NCBI GenBank assembly: GCA_904063045.1
Contig: CAJFCJ010000012.1
Location: forward strand, 2,496,498-2,560,497
Direction: 5' to 3'
DNA length: 64,000 bases
DNA from: Dimorphilus gyrociliatus
Taxonomy: Eukaryota > Animalia > Annelida
In this document: in pieces, positions 52,301-64,000 of the stretch
Layout of the letters: every line of letters begins with the position of its first letter
Numbering within the stretch: position 1 is the stretch's first letter
Made by a program: the position numbers and the translations under genes
Notes under the pieces: model-generated
The model's database searches: none
Seen by the model: only the letters and a program-made list of their open reading frames with translations
What the model was told of the DNA's origin: nothing

Positions 52301-52720
52301 TATTATTATATTAAAAATTTACATGTAACGCCTTTTTAAAATTCATTTAGCGTAACGGCACTAAATTCAGTCGTCAACTTCAGATGGCACCACGTGAATA
52401 ATGATTATTAAATATTGTTTCTAATTTGTCCTTTTAGCTAGAATATCACGTGACATAACATGTCGGTTGGTAGGGGTGGCCGGTTATTCGATCAATTCAT
52501 CCAACTATTTTAATATGCAATTATAGTTACAAAACAATTTTTTATTTAAGGGAAAATAATAAGTAAAGTACACGCATGCGTATTCATATAAAAAGAAATA
52601 AGAAGACATGGGTATTACTTTTTAAATACATGTACTGTATATATACATATATAAAAAATATATATGAATCGAGGTCAATTTGTTTTTAATGAAATTTTGG
52701 CCGGAAAATAAAAGGGAGAG

Positions 52721-52752
<32 letters not shown>

Positions 52753-53096
52753 AGAAGAGAAATTTCTTTTAGCTAATACTTATAAAAGTATATGAAGAAG
52801 ATGAAAGAGATAAATAAATCATTTATAAAATGTCTGCTTTCTATTTATCTCTCTATCTATTTTACTTAAGTAAAAGGAAATCTTTCCTATCTCCTTAATT
52901 AAAGTGTAATATTGCACATTTTCAAATAAAAAATAACAAACAATTATCAACATAATTTATTTATGTTATCCTATCTAGTTTACGATTTAACAGCTATTTA
53001 AAAAGAAAGTAGAACCGGAAGGAAGAAAAAATGCGTGAATAAAACAAAAAAGACATTTTGTTGTGGAAAATTTCTCTGCTCGCATCCCCTGACATA

Positions 53097-53150
53097 ACAG
53101 CCGGTGTTACACTTCCGTTACAAGGGAAAATGGCGGTTATCACGTGACCC
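53097..53150 (+). promoter_or_regulatory. Putative promoter of the MARVEL gene: ETS-like CTTCCG, YY1-like AAAATGGCGG and E-box/CLEAR-like TCACGTGAC
   Basis: The motifs cluster about 170-220 nt upstream of the ATG at 53320. Confidence 0.4.
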
Positions 53151-53319
53151 TCAGCTCGGAGATGATATTATGATTTGCCAGTCCGTGGTGTTCCTGCGGC
53201 CTGTCTCAGTTCCCGTATAGAATAATCACCAACAAATCAGGCTTCTCCGTCTCTTATCCTCTCATCTCCTACCTAGAAGACGTCGTTCTTAGCTTAGTGT
53301 TTAATTAATTAGTTCAATT

Positions 53320-54137
53320 ATGCAGGCTCCTCCTCCTCCTCCGCAGTCAGCTTATAGTCAAATTCCAACCTACAATCAAGTTCAAACGGCGCAAACGGGT
53401 AGGTAAAAAGCCGAATAGGCTGTTCGATTATAAATTCGTTAATTTGATTGGAATTGAATAATTGTTTATTTATAGTATACGAACAAAGAGAAACGATTCA
53501 AGCAGCAGCGCAAACTGTACAACAGGAAAAAGAAAGCGGTGTTATAGATCATACATATTTACCTCATAAAGGAATTCATGGAATTCTCAAAGTTGTACAA
53601 TGCGTTAGTATTAAAAAGCAACAACGGCAAATCGTTAATATATCAAATAATCACTTATTAAATGCATATACATACATACGTACAGATCCTAACACTTATT
53701 GCATACATAATAAGCGAATTGGCAATTGATTGCAGTAGGTCGCATATAACACAAGGATTCTTTAAAATCTTAACGCTGGGATCTTTCGTTGCAACTCTAG
53801 TCGTTTGGGCAGTACTTTTATTAAAACTCGACAAAAGGATATTCCGCTGTTGTAACTGGTCCATAGTTCTCTTAGGATTCCATGGTGTTATATGCGTTTG
53901 TTTCTTTTTCACCGATATTGTTCTAGCTGTTCAAGCTTGCTTTGGAGCCGACAAAGCTTCCTGCGTAAGTTCAATATATAATCTTTCATTCTCCTCCAAC
54001 GTTCTCTGACTGTTGCTTATTTACAGGCTTTTGGATTCTTTTGTCTTTTTGCCTACGGGGCCGGATTGATCGTTGCTGTCAGACAATATATGGACTCGAA
54101 ACGACCAAGCGTGCCTGAGGCGGACACGAAGTATTAG
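53320..54137 (+). CDS. MARVEL-domain four-TM protein (CMTM/MAL/plasmolipin-like); 4 exons
   Basis: Pro/Gln-rich N-terminus, then YLPHKGIHGILKVVQC|ILTLIAYII...FF...W...NWSIV...H..IC..FF...A|AFGFFCLFAYG, the typical MARVEL pattern; stop at 54135-54137. Confidence 0.8.
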
Positions 54138-54818
54138 TCAACAAATTAAATATTATCTTATCTCCACAGAGTCGGTTATAGGGGTTTTTATAGAATCCTA
54201 TTTAGAAGCTTACTGAGTTCTTCTCATGCTGGTAGCTCAAGAGATCTCCAATATTTTACGAAAGAAACAGAAAACCATTTTAAAGCTCATGTATACTCAT
54301 CCTACTGCCTTTTTTTTCTATGCCATCTCTCTCTTTCTCCCTTCCCTCTATCTATCTATTTTATCTAACCGTCTATAAACTCTAATAGTTTTAAGTTATT
54401 AATACATTAAGCATCCTCTATGATCTGTCTAGTTGTACAGTGATATTTTTGGTTTAGACATCTTCTAAGTGTTTTGTTAGAAGAATAAAAAACAAATAAG
54501 TACTCATTAATGATCGTTTTTTTTTGTTAATTAAAATAATGATAAAGATTTCACTTAGTTCACCTTGATATTACTTCGTCACAAGCTTATAAAAGTCATC
54601 TCTTTGAATTTACCACTCTTTACAAAGTTTAGTATGGTTCAGTGGTCTTTTCATATTTCAACATTACAATTTCACGCGCTGAACATGGGACGTCATTTTG
54701 AAACAGGAAGTGATGTTGGAATTTTATTTATCGCTCACTCAAGTCTTGTACTAATTTTCGGTCGATAAATTTTAAACAATAATTTTCCAAGTGCCACAAA
54801 GGCAAGAGGGAAGATTAA

Positions 54819-55141
54819 ATGATGAATCACGTGAGTTTACAAATAATTGACTAATTTTCAATCTAAAGTTATTTCATGAAGGATTTCTAATTTCTATATA
54901 TTCAACACTAAATCTACTTTATTAGTTGATAAATTTAATATTAAACTGACTTTAAAAGGCCCGCAAAGTAATTTCATATATATTGCATACATTTGAAAAA
55001 GATTGAATGTATTTAAAGAAGATATTTTTTCTAAAAAATCATATAAAAATTCTTTTACAGGATTTATGATTAGTTCTTACAGCCATCAAGGTAAAATTGG
55101 TTTACGTCGAAAGATGATTAAGAAATATGTCCATATACATA

Positions 55142-55200
<59 letters not shown>

Positions 55201-58200
55201 TAATACGATTTAGTTTTAAACCTACATCAGACCTACATAAAAGACATTATAACTTATAAATAAATATTTAAAATATCTAATTATCAGTAATTTTCGTGAT
55301 TTCTTCTTCTTTGTCTTTATAATTATTAAAAAGATAAAAATAGAATTAGAATGAATGTAGCGATTTTAAGAGAAGACTCTTTTCTATTATTGTTAACAAT
55401 TGCCTTTTGTCAAGGTTACAGTTCTTTTTTTTTATTGCAATTAAATATATGAAATATATTCTCTCTTTCATCTTCTTCCTTTACTTTTATCACTAACAGA
55501 AGAACAATAAGAAAGTTGATTGGACAGCGGTAGTTCTAACATGCCAGAGCAAAGACAATGCTCATCAATTTCAAATAGGTTTTAGTTTTCTTTGTTGTTT
55601 TTAAATACTAATTCTCTAATTGTAGTATATTTTTATAGAATTGGAGACGAGACAGAGAAAAGGCTACTTTCCTCGTTCAACTCTTGTTCTTACGGTTGAG
55701 GACCCAAAAGATCATGTTGGCAGTGGTGGGGCAACTCTCAATGCTCTTCTCGTTATTGCAGAGCATTTAAGTGCTAAAAGAGGATTTACTGTAGTTAATC
55801 CGGATGTGCTACATAATGCTCATATATTAGTTTTACATATGGGTCGAGATTTTGCTTTTGATCCTTTAGGAAGAGCATTTGCAACTTTGCCACTCGCTTT
55901 AAAAGATTCTTCAAAGCCAATTGGTCTTGTATCGAATTTGGACGTTCTTATCGAAAATATAAGTTCAATGGTAAAACGACTTTTTTCTTTATTTCAATGA
56001 AAAGATAAGAGAAAAAGAAAAGATCGTAATTTTTACAATTTTCTAATTTCCCATTTCTTTTCTCTTTTTGAAAATAGTTGGCCATCGACTCACCACCAGG
56101 TGTTTGGGTTGGTAGTTTGGATCTCTTTCTGGACATTGAAGAGAGTATTAAAGTCGGAACTGAAGATGTTTGTGCTATAATTGTACCCGCTCCTATTGAC
56201 TATGCCAAATGTCACGGCGTCTTTGAAGTTGATAAAAAGGGACGTCTTTTGGATATGATTTATCAAGGGTCGGACGAAAAGTTAAGACAAGTATCGTTGG
56301 GAAAAGATACAGTTCCTGTTATATCTGGTGTAATGTTTTTCAACACAAAAATGGCAGAGAAAATGATATCCTTCCATACAATGCCGCCTCTAGACGCCTG
56401 TACATATATGGGCTTGGACACCGGATCGACGCCAATTGAAGTATTAAGCGAATTTTCTAATTTTTATATCTTTTGGAATAGGATGAAAAAGCCTTTATTA
56501 TTATTACAAAATTGTTCTATTTTCAATTTTAGTTGTCGATATTCTTCGACTTTATGATCGCAATGTGTCTTAACGTAACACAAGAATCGTTTGTATCTGG
56601 TGAAAGGTCTGTTCCTTACGGTAAATCGAGGAGAAGGATGACACCTGAAAAAGCGAGATTACTGAGATCGGCTAGAGGCGTTCTTTGGCAACAACTTCAC
56701 GGAACTGTCGCCGTTGCCAGTTTGCATTATTGTTTTCTTTTAAACTATAAATAATTCTTTTCTGCTTTTTAGGAGTTATCAAGGGAAAACATAGCTACAT
56801 GAACGATTTAGCTCTTGTTCATCATCGTCATATGCTCTCTAATCCTTTTCAATCAGCCAAATCTTACAATTGGCTAAATCAATGTCACGCTAAAGTTACT
56901 GGAATTCAATCGGAAGACAGTGTTGTTATAAATAGTACTGTTACCTGTGACATACCGAAAAAAACCGTTATTTCTCATTCGAATATAGGATCTGGTATGA
57001 CTATCGGTGACAATTGCATTATTAACGGTGTTGATTTACCAAATTTTGAACAAACTATCCCTTCGAATTCTGTAATTTCTTCCTTCCGTATCCGGCTACC
57101 AACTATGGGTTGCGGAGGGAACGTCGTTACAACAATTCTTGGTTTACAGGACGACGTGATGCTATCGATATCTTCTCCCGAAAGTACATTTGTTAATATA
57201 CCTTGGTGTGAATTCTTTAAAAGAACCGATATAAAAAAGGAAGACTTATGGGAAAATGTCTCCGATTTGCAGAATTGTTGCTTATTAAATGCTAGACTAT
57301 TTCCGGTATTCCATCCTCTTCACCCTATTACAGCGTCGGACGTACTGTGGTTTGCCACCAATATCGAAAGTAACGTTGAAAAATGGAGACAATCGTGGAG
57401 ATTATCGTTAAAAGATATCCTTATGTTTGTCGATGTATCCTCGGAATTCGCTTGGAGACGGCAAGTTTTCTCTAAAGTAACCGAATATAAAGTTGAAAAG
57501 ACGCTTTCAGGAAAGTTCGACAACGGACTTGGCAATCTATACATTTCGGCTTGTATCGACGGATACGAAGGTCAAATTTTAAATGTTCTCGATTCTGTGG
57601 CAATTAACTCAAACGATCCTGGTATGGCTGCTAGATCTCTGGCTAACATTGCTGACGTTCTCGGTTTTATGGTCGAATCTAGAGGTGGTTTAAGGAGTGG
57701 ACCAGCTGGAAATAGGCAGTGGGCTAAAGCATTTAATTATCTCGAAAAAGGTAAGATTCCCGAAGGCGTTATGGCCTTAACCGAAGAGAGGAATAAATGG
57801 ATTGGACGCGTAGATTTATTAGTAAGAACGGCAAGGCATTACGAAGGCGCTGCTCAGATTCTTATTCGAAAAGCCGTTGAGACTGGAAAAGAGTTTATTA
57901 GACTATCGCAGGCAACAGCACCTCCGGTTGATACCTGGATAAAAGCAACATGTCCAGCCAGAATAGACTTTAGCGGAGGTTGGTCCGATACTCCTCCAAT
58001 CTCCTACGAAAACGGAGGAAAAGTCACAAATATGGCAATAAAAGTGGACGGAAAGAGGCCAATCGGAGCGAAAGCTAGAAGAATAGCCGAATGTAAGATT
58101 ATATTTCGTAGTTTGGACAAGGACGCAGTTGAAATAGTTATTGATGACGTTAATCAGTTGAAGGATTATAATCAACCGCACGCTCCTGGAGCTTTAATAA

Positions 58201-59689
58201 AAGCGGCGTTGATTTGCAGCGAAATTCTAAATTTAGAGACTCCTTTAGAGGATCAATTAACCAATGGTGGCTATGAAATAGTTTCGTGGAGTGATTTACC
58301 TCGTGGATCAGGTTTGGGAACGAGTTCAATTCTTGCTGGAGCTATCCTGGCTGCTCTATGGACGGCGGCTGGTTTCAAATACACGGTCAAAGATATACAC
58401 CATACTATTCTCTATTTAGAGCAGATGCTAACAACTGGAGGAGGATGGCAAGATCAAGTGGGAGGTTTATGCCCTGGTGTAAAGATTGGTTCAACAAAAA
58501 AAGGTTTTCCAGTAGAAATAAAATCAAAGCAATTAAAGATAAGCGAACGAACTGAAGCGGAATTAAACGAACGACTTCTTCTTGTTTATACTGGAAAGAC
58601 TAGATTGGCCAAAAATTTACTTCAGAACGTCATAAGAAATTGGTTTGCTAGAAATCCGAATATTGTTCAAACTCTCCAGGAGTTGGTTGCAACGGCTGAA
58701 AAATGCGCAGAATGTTTCGAAAAAGGAGATTTGGCTGGTATTGGCGAATGTTTAAAGGTATAGTATGCATTGTAGAATACGGTATTACTAATAATGCTTG
58801 CATTAGTATACTAATTTGTTAGAATATACAGTATTAATATTTGATTATTCGTTCGTTTGTTCGTTAGTTCATATTCGTTATTGTAGTATTTTTATTATCA
58901 TTTCAGAAATACTGGCAAATGAAGCAGTTCGTCGCTCCCGGATGCACTACTATTTGGATTAACGAGATGCTGGAAGCTCTTAGTCCATTGGCTCACGGGA
59001 TGTGTATGGCTGGAGCGGGTGGTGGTGGTTTCCTTTACGTTCTCATGATAGATCCCGATATGCATGAAATGGTCAACAACATGTTGATAAATCTTGAAGT
59101 AAGTAATAATTTTTCAATTCATCTTTAACCCCGATTTGTCCAACTCTATCGTCATACTAGAGTGATAGAGCAGCAGATGAATCTACTCTATTTTTATACG
59201 ATAACTATTGAAATGGACGCTTCTTTCTTTCTTTCTTTCAATAGTAATAAGAGAAAGACGATGTGTTTTCTTTCTCCTCCTTAAACGCTAATCATTTTCT
59301 TGCTTTTAATTGTTGTTTTTGATAGTGTTGTTGTTGTTGTTGTTGTGGTTTCGTTTTTATTTTCACACAACCATTTCTATTAATAGTTTAATACTTTTGA
59401 CACTTGAGTGATATCTGAAGAGTGTATAAAATTTGTCTGGGCTATAAATGTTTTATTACTACTATTAACATTATCTATTTTTATTGTTATAGCTTTGGAT
59501 GATTTTTGTTGTTTTTTTTTGATTTTTAGCCCCGACAATGTAAACAAGTGCATTCTATTTTTATTAATGAGTACCATCTATTTCTATATGGTTTCTTTTT
59601 TTCTTTATTTCCAGGGTCTTACGGACGTGTCGGTTCACAGAACGGAAATGGACAAAGATGGACTAATAGTTACGGTTGGGGATGATTAG
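54819..59689 (+). CDS. FCSK: L-fucose kinase (N-terminal fucokinase/pyrophosphorylase-like domain plus GHMP kinase domain); 8 exons
   Basis: [14 protein letters not shown]; [27 protein letters not shown]; [14 protein letters not shown]; GHMP ATP-binding [10 protein letters not shown]; TTGGGWQDQ; GAGGGGFL. The first 12-nt coding exon ATGATGAATCAC|GTGAGT (54819-54830) is inferred from phase and a perfect donor. Confidence 0.95.
55144..55192. repeat. (TA)n microsatellite in FCSK intron 1
   Basis: About 24 TA units. Confidence 0.95.
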
Positions 59690-60249
59690 AAGCTGTCTCC
59701 TATATATCTGTGATAACTACAAATTGAGAGACAAAAGAGAAAAATGACGATATATTTCTTTTCTTTGTTATAAAACCCTTTTGAATAAAAATTTGTCAAT
59801 TGTCAGTAATTTGTAGTCTCTCTCTCTCTCTCGTAGTTTATGCGAAACGTCTTAATCCTCTTTTTTTCAGAGTCTTTCAGTTCAAGATAAGACAACAATA
59901 TTTTATTTTTTTTATTATTATAAGTTATACATGAAATCTTTTTTGATATAAATGAGTTTTCCCCCTAAATTCTTCTTCTTCATTATCATCATCATCATCT
60001 TCTTCCTCTTCTTCGTTTTTCGCAATATAAATCCTAGCTGCACTCTATTTGTTTTCTTCATACATTTTTTTTTATAAATGTCAAACTGGTATTGATTTCT
60101 TAATTAAAAAAGAAGAGTGCAAACGCTTCTTTAATGGTTTCTTTCTTAAATTAAAACAGAAGATATCTAGAATATAGTTTATATAAGTACTGTGGTTGAA
60201 TGGAGGGTATGAAGAACAACTGATTAAATGAATATCTGGGTGTAGAAAT

Positions 60250-60361
60250 GAAAGAATGAATGAATGAATAGATGATTGAATGAAGGATTGAATGAATGAA
60301 TGTATGAATGAAGGAATGGCGGCAAATGAATGAATGAATGAATGAATGAATGCATGTTTTA

Positions 60362-60396
<35 letters not shown>
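60250..60396. repeat. Compound (GAAT)n plus (TA)n microsatellite
   Basis: Imperfect gaat arrays followed by a TA run. Confidence 0.9.
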
Positions 60397-60399
<3 letters not shown>

Positions 60400-61988
60400 C
60401 TTTGGTTTAGACAGATAGTACATATATATACTGTATATGCTGTATATACATATATGTACTGTCTATCTGTCTGTGTCTGTCTATAAATAATGTATCATTT
60501 TACACTTTACAAGTCATAAAATAGTTAATAATATCATTATCTAAGCAAAAAAAAAATTGTAAGTGATGAATAGGTTGTATTAGAAGGGAAAAAGACAAAA
60601 AAAAGATGGATATTTCTCTTCGAATAGATATTTTCGAATATTTATCTAAATTTGAGAGAAAAGAGAATAAAACAAAAAAAGAGAAAAGCTATAGATATAA
60701 TATCTATATACTTTTAATATAATTTATATATATTAAATATTATATATTCATTTTTCTATTTTTCTTTCTTTCTTTCTTTATTTATTTCTTTTTGCTTTCT
60801 TTCTTTCCTTCATTTCTTTTCTAGTTTTAATATTGTTATTCTCTTTATATTACGTTTTTTTTATCGACTGAAAACAATCACATAAAAGGATAAAGACATT
60901 CATAGTTTATATATTTTATATAGATATATATACTGTATATATAAATTTGTTTTGTTTTCCTTTAAACTATGCGGCATGATACACGTCGCTATAATTATAA
61001 TAATCATCTATATACGTAAACAATTGATAGTACTAACAAAAATTTCTGTCGCGTTTGTTTGTATATAAATATAGATGTATATATATTTATATACATCTAT
61101 TTACGTACAAACATACGAACATAGATACATACATACGTTCGCATATACGTACAGATTTGATATTCTTGCTTAATTTTTACTTCTTGATTACTTTCCCTAT
61201 ACGTATATACTGTTTATATTATATTATGTACTATAATATATAGTATACATTATATTATTTGTCCTAGAATGTGCAATAAATAAATGTCAACTAGTAAATA
61301 GTCGTCAATGTAAAAGAGGACGAAAATTAACATCACTTTCTTGGCGGGAGCAAACACTAGAAAGATTGAGAAAACTAGGGATTTTAGATAGATAGATAGA
61401 GTTTATATGCAGTCTTGACAATATATTACTGTTAATGTATATAAGTCTATTTATCCACATTGAGAATTCTTTTTATATAAAGTGAATGTGTTCAACGATA
61501 GAGAGGAGGAAGAGGAGGAGGGGAGTATGAGGAAAGGACAATCGGAGAGAAATAGACATAGACAAAAAAAGGGAATAAATAAGGGAAGATAATACGTGGA
61601 AAAGTGTTATTCTTATCTTATCTCATTCACTAGACCACATACTAATTCTGCCGATGAAAACCAATAAACAGAACAAAGAAAGAGAAAAAAGAAGAGGAAG
61701 ATTCTTCAAAAAAAAAAACAGTAAACTTTCATTATTTCTATTTGCTCCAAATTCAATAAGATTTATCTTTTATTATTAATATTTTATATCATATGTAAGT
61801 TAGTTAATATATTCATAACCTATTAAAAATATATACCAAGTATTTTTCCCCTACCAGTTTCAATGGCAATTATATAATAAATTATTCAATTTTTCGCCTT
61901 TCCCATTAATTTACTCTTATATATATTTTTTATATATTATGTAATTTGGTCTATGTTTTTTTATTCCTCTATCTCTCTCTCTCTATCC

Positions 61989-62019
<31 letters not shown>

Positions 62020-62207
62020 TGTCTCTCTCTAATTGGCTGATTAAATTATTACCATTTTCAACTTTATTGATTACAATTACCAGTTTAGTTGTTAATAAAG
62101 AATGTTTGTTGTGTTTTTTCCCCGCTAGGTTTTAGCTTGGAAGCAGCAAAAATAATGAAATATAACTATATACATATATACTGTATACATATATATATAC
62201 ATCGCAC

Positions 62208-62240
<33 letters not shown>

Positions 62241-62517
62241 CATACAAAACTGTAAACTGGTATTATATAATTGTTTTTTTTTTTTTGAAAAAACACACTG
62301 AAAGTTTTCTAACAAAAAAAATGAACTAAAGAGAAGCTTTTTAATTAATCTGGGTTTCAGAGGTGACAATAGATAATATAATATAAATATATAAAGAACA
62401 GAAAAATGATCAATTATAGGTTTGTTTCTTTAAAAATGAAAGAAAATAAAACCTATTGGGAAAAGAAAATTTAGAAGAAACTATTCAACAACACCTGAAA
62501 CCATAAAAGAATTTAGC

Positions 62518-64000
62518 TTAAGCGGAATTAAGTTCCGCTCTTTCTTGTCCTTCATTGACGGCATCAAGTTCCAGTGTTTTTAGCTGATGAACCTTCAATT
62601 TCGGTTTTAATAATGTTGAAAATCTCTATTTTAAAATTAATTAGATAAAAGATTGATTTCACTTGAAATACTTAAAAAATCGAATACAAAAACCTTTGTT
62701 AAACTTCCTTCGGCTCTCATTATTTTTACAACGGCTACTATTGGTATAAGAATTAACGAGCAACAGGCTATTATCCATCCTAAAGCAATTGCCCATCTGG
62801 GATATACGTAGGTCTTGTTGTATCTTAACTCCTTATATTGTATACAAGAGAACACAAATATAACCTGGAGAAAGTGAAGAGAAGATATAGTGGAGGAAGA
62901 GGATGGAAGAGAAGACAAAAAGAAGAAAAACATATATATATATGTTTATAGCATATTACTACTCGTAATAGTACAATAAAAGATAACTTACCAAAGCCAA
63001 CGACGGCGTAACAGTCATCCAAGAATATTTTATTAAAGGAAGTACCTTTCTACCCAGCATATATTCAACATTCTTCCAAAATCGACCAGCTCCGTAAAGG
63101 TAGCCAACGGTCACGCATTCTAAAAAGCCAATAAACAATACTATACGACTAGTTGAATAATAGTCGAATATTTGAAAAACGTATATTCCTCCCTAGAATG
63201 ATAGAAAGAAGGAGAAAAATAAATAAACACCTCTATCTATTTTATTTGTATTTTAGTGTATAGTACTAGTACTATCACTACTTACTCTCGTCACCATAGA
63301 TAAACCAACTAGATAGGAAAAAAAACATATTACGGCGATAAAAATCTCCTTTCTTCTTCCTACTCTTAAGAGGTGGGGGAACTGATCGACCACAGCCGTA
63401 ACTACCCCTTCAACACCTCCGAATTGACTGTCCATACCGAGTAGAATCAACATAAGAAAGAAGCATATACTCCATAGAATTGACCCGGGCATTTCGCCTA
63501 CAGTCTTCGGATAGGCTATAAATGCTAAACCGGGTCCGCTTTCGGCTACCTTGTCTACAGTTGTACCGTGAGTTTCCGCCATAAAGCCCAATATCGAAAA
63601 GATAATGAAACCGCTGAAAAATGATGTACCAGAATTGGTCAAAGCGAATAGTAGACTGTCCTTGAGGACATTATGATGGAATTTGTTGTACGACCCGAGA
63701 GCTGTTAAAGTACCCAAACCAATTGAATATGAGAAGAATACTTGCGTTCCGGCATCCACCCAAACTTGGCTGTCTAACAATTTCGACCAGTCCGGTAAGA
63801 GATAGAATTCGATTCCTTTTGACGATCCTGGCAGAGTAACGCCTCTTATCAGGAGGGCCAACATCAAAAGATACGGAGAGGTGGCGGTAACGTACATGAC
63901 TTTTCCCGACGACTTGATCCCCTTGCAGACACAAAGGTAAACGACTATCCATGCGAGTAAGAGGCATAATGCCATCTCCCATTTAATATTCCCCGGATTG
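62518..64000 (-). CDS. SLC6: SLC6 sodium- and chloride-dependent neurotransmitter transporter (GABA/taurine/creatine-type subfamily), 3' part; 5' end lies beyond the window
   Basis: [14 protein letters not shown]...RGVTLPG; [26 protein letters not shown]; [10 protein letters not shown]; [12 protein letters not shown]; [13 protein letters not shown]; [10 protein letters not shown]. The last exon ends ...ELNSA with stop at 62520-62518, and the frame is open to the window edge. Confidence 0.93.

Noticed and set aside
49347-53200. Several hydrophobic ORFs (e.g. 49640..49945, 50167..50409) in the divergent intergenic region
   Set aside because: They derive from CT/GA- and T-rich low-complexity DNA and lack motifs or consistent splice structure.
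54827-54834. TCACGTGA as a CLEAR element for FCSK
   Set aside because: Better explained as the exon 1/intron 1 junction (CAC|GTGAGT).
59700-62500. ORFs with IYIYIY or HSFIHSF repeats
   Set aside because: Translations of (TA)n and (GAAT)n microsatellites in the region between the convergent FCSK and SLC6 genes.
1-64000. CRISPR array, tRNA, rRNA or intact transposon
   Set aside because: I saw no regularly spaced direct repeats, cloverleaf/A-B box pattern, rRNA motifs, transposase or RT ORF, or terminal repeats. Short degenerate elements could have been missed by eye.

Overview
AT-rich (about 30% GC by eye), gene-dense eukaryotic DNA from an animal with a compact genome. It has many 50-70 nt GT-AG introns and abundant (TA)n, (GA)n and (GAA)n microsatellites; a miniaturised lophotrochozoan such as Dimorphilus is a guess only. 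By manual splicing I reconstruct about 15 protein-coding genes: AJM1-like MYND protein (+), Dispatched (+, 3 exons), two tandem DUF229 genes (+), EML/EMAP (-), an HMG-box gene whose box resembles MEIOSIN/BHMG1 (+), PPP1R21 (-), an RNF217-like RBR E3 ligase (-), peroxiredoxin-5 (+), three tandem FRRS1L-like DOMON genes carrying five DOMON domains in total (-), a MARVEL/CMTM-like gene (+), L-fucose kinase FCSK (+) and the 3' part of an SLC6 transporter (-). I recognised no tRNA, rRNA, CRISPR array or intact transposon. The most notable observations are: an intron-split MEIOSIN-like HMG box in an invertebrate-type genome, a Prx5 whose near-invariant active-site Thr is Val and which has a new CxxC at the resolving Cys, the DOMON cluster (one domain lacks the Met heme ligand), mosaic gene-conversion-like identity of the DUF229 pair, and a recurrent near-palindromic TATAC(A/T)GTATA element. 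All homology calls come from remembered family motifs; no database search was run.
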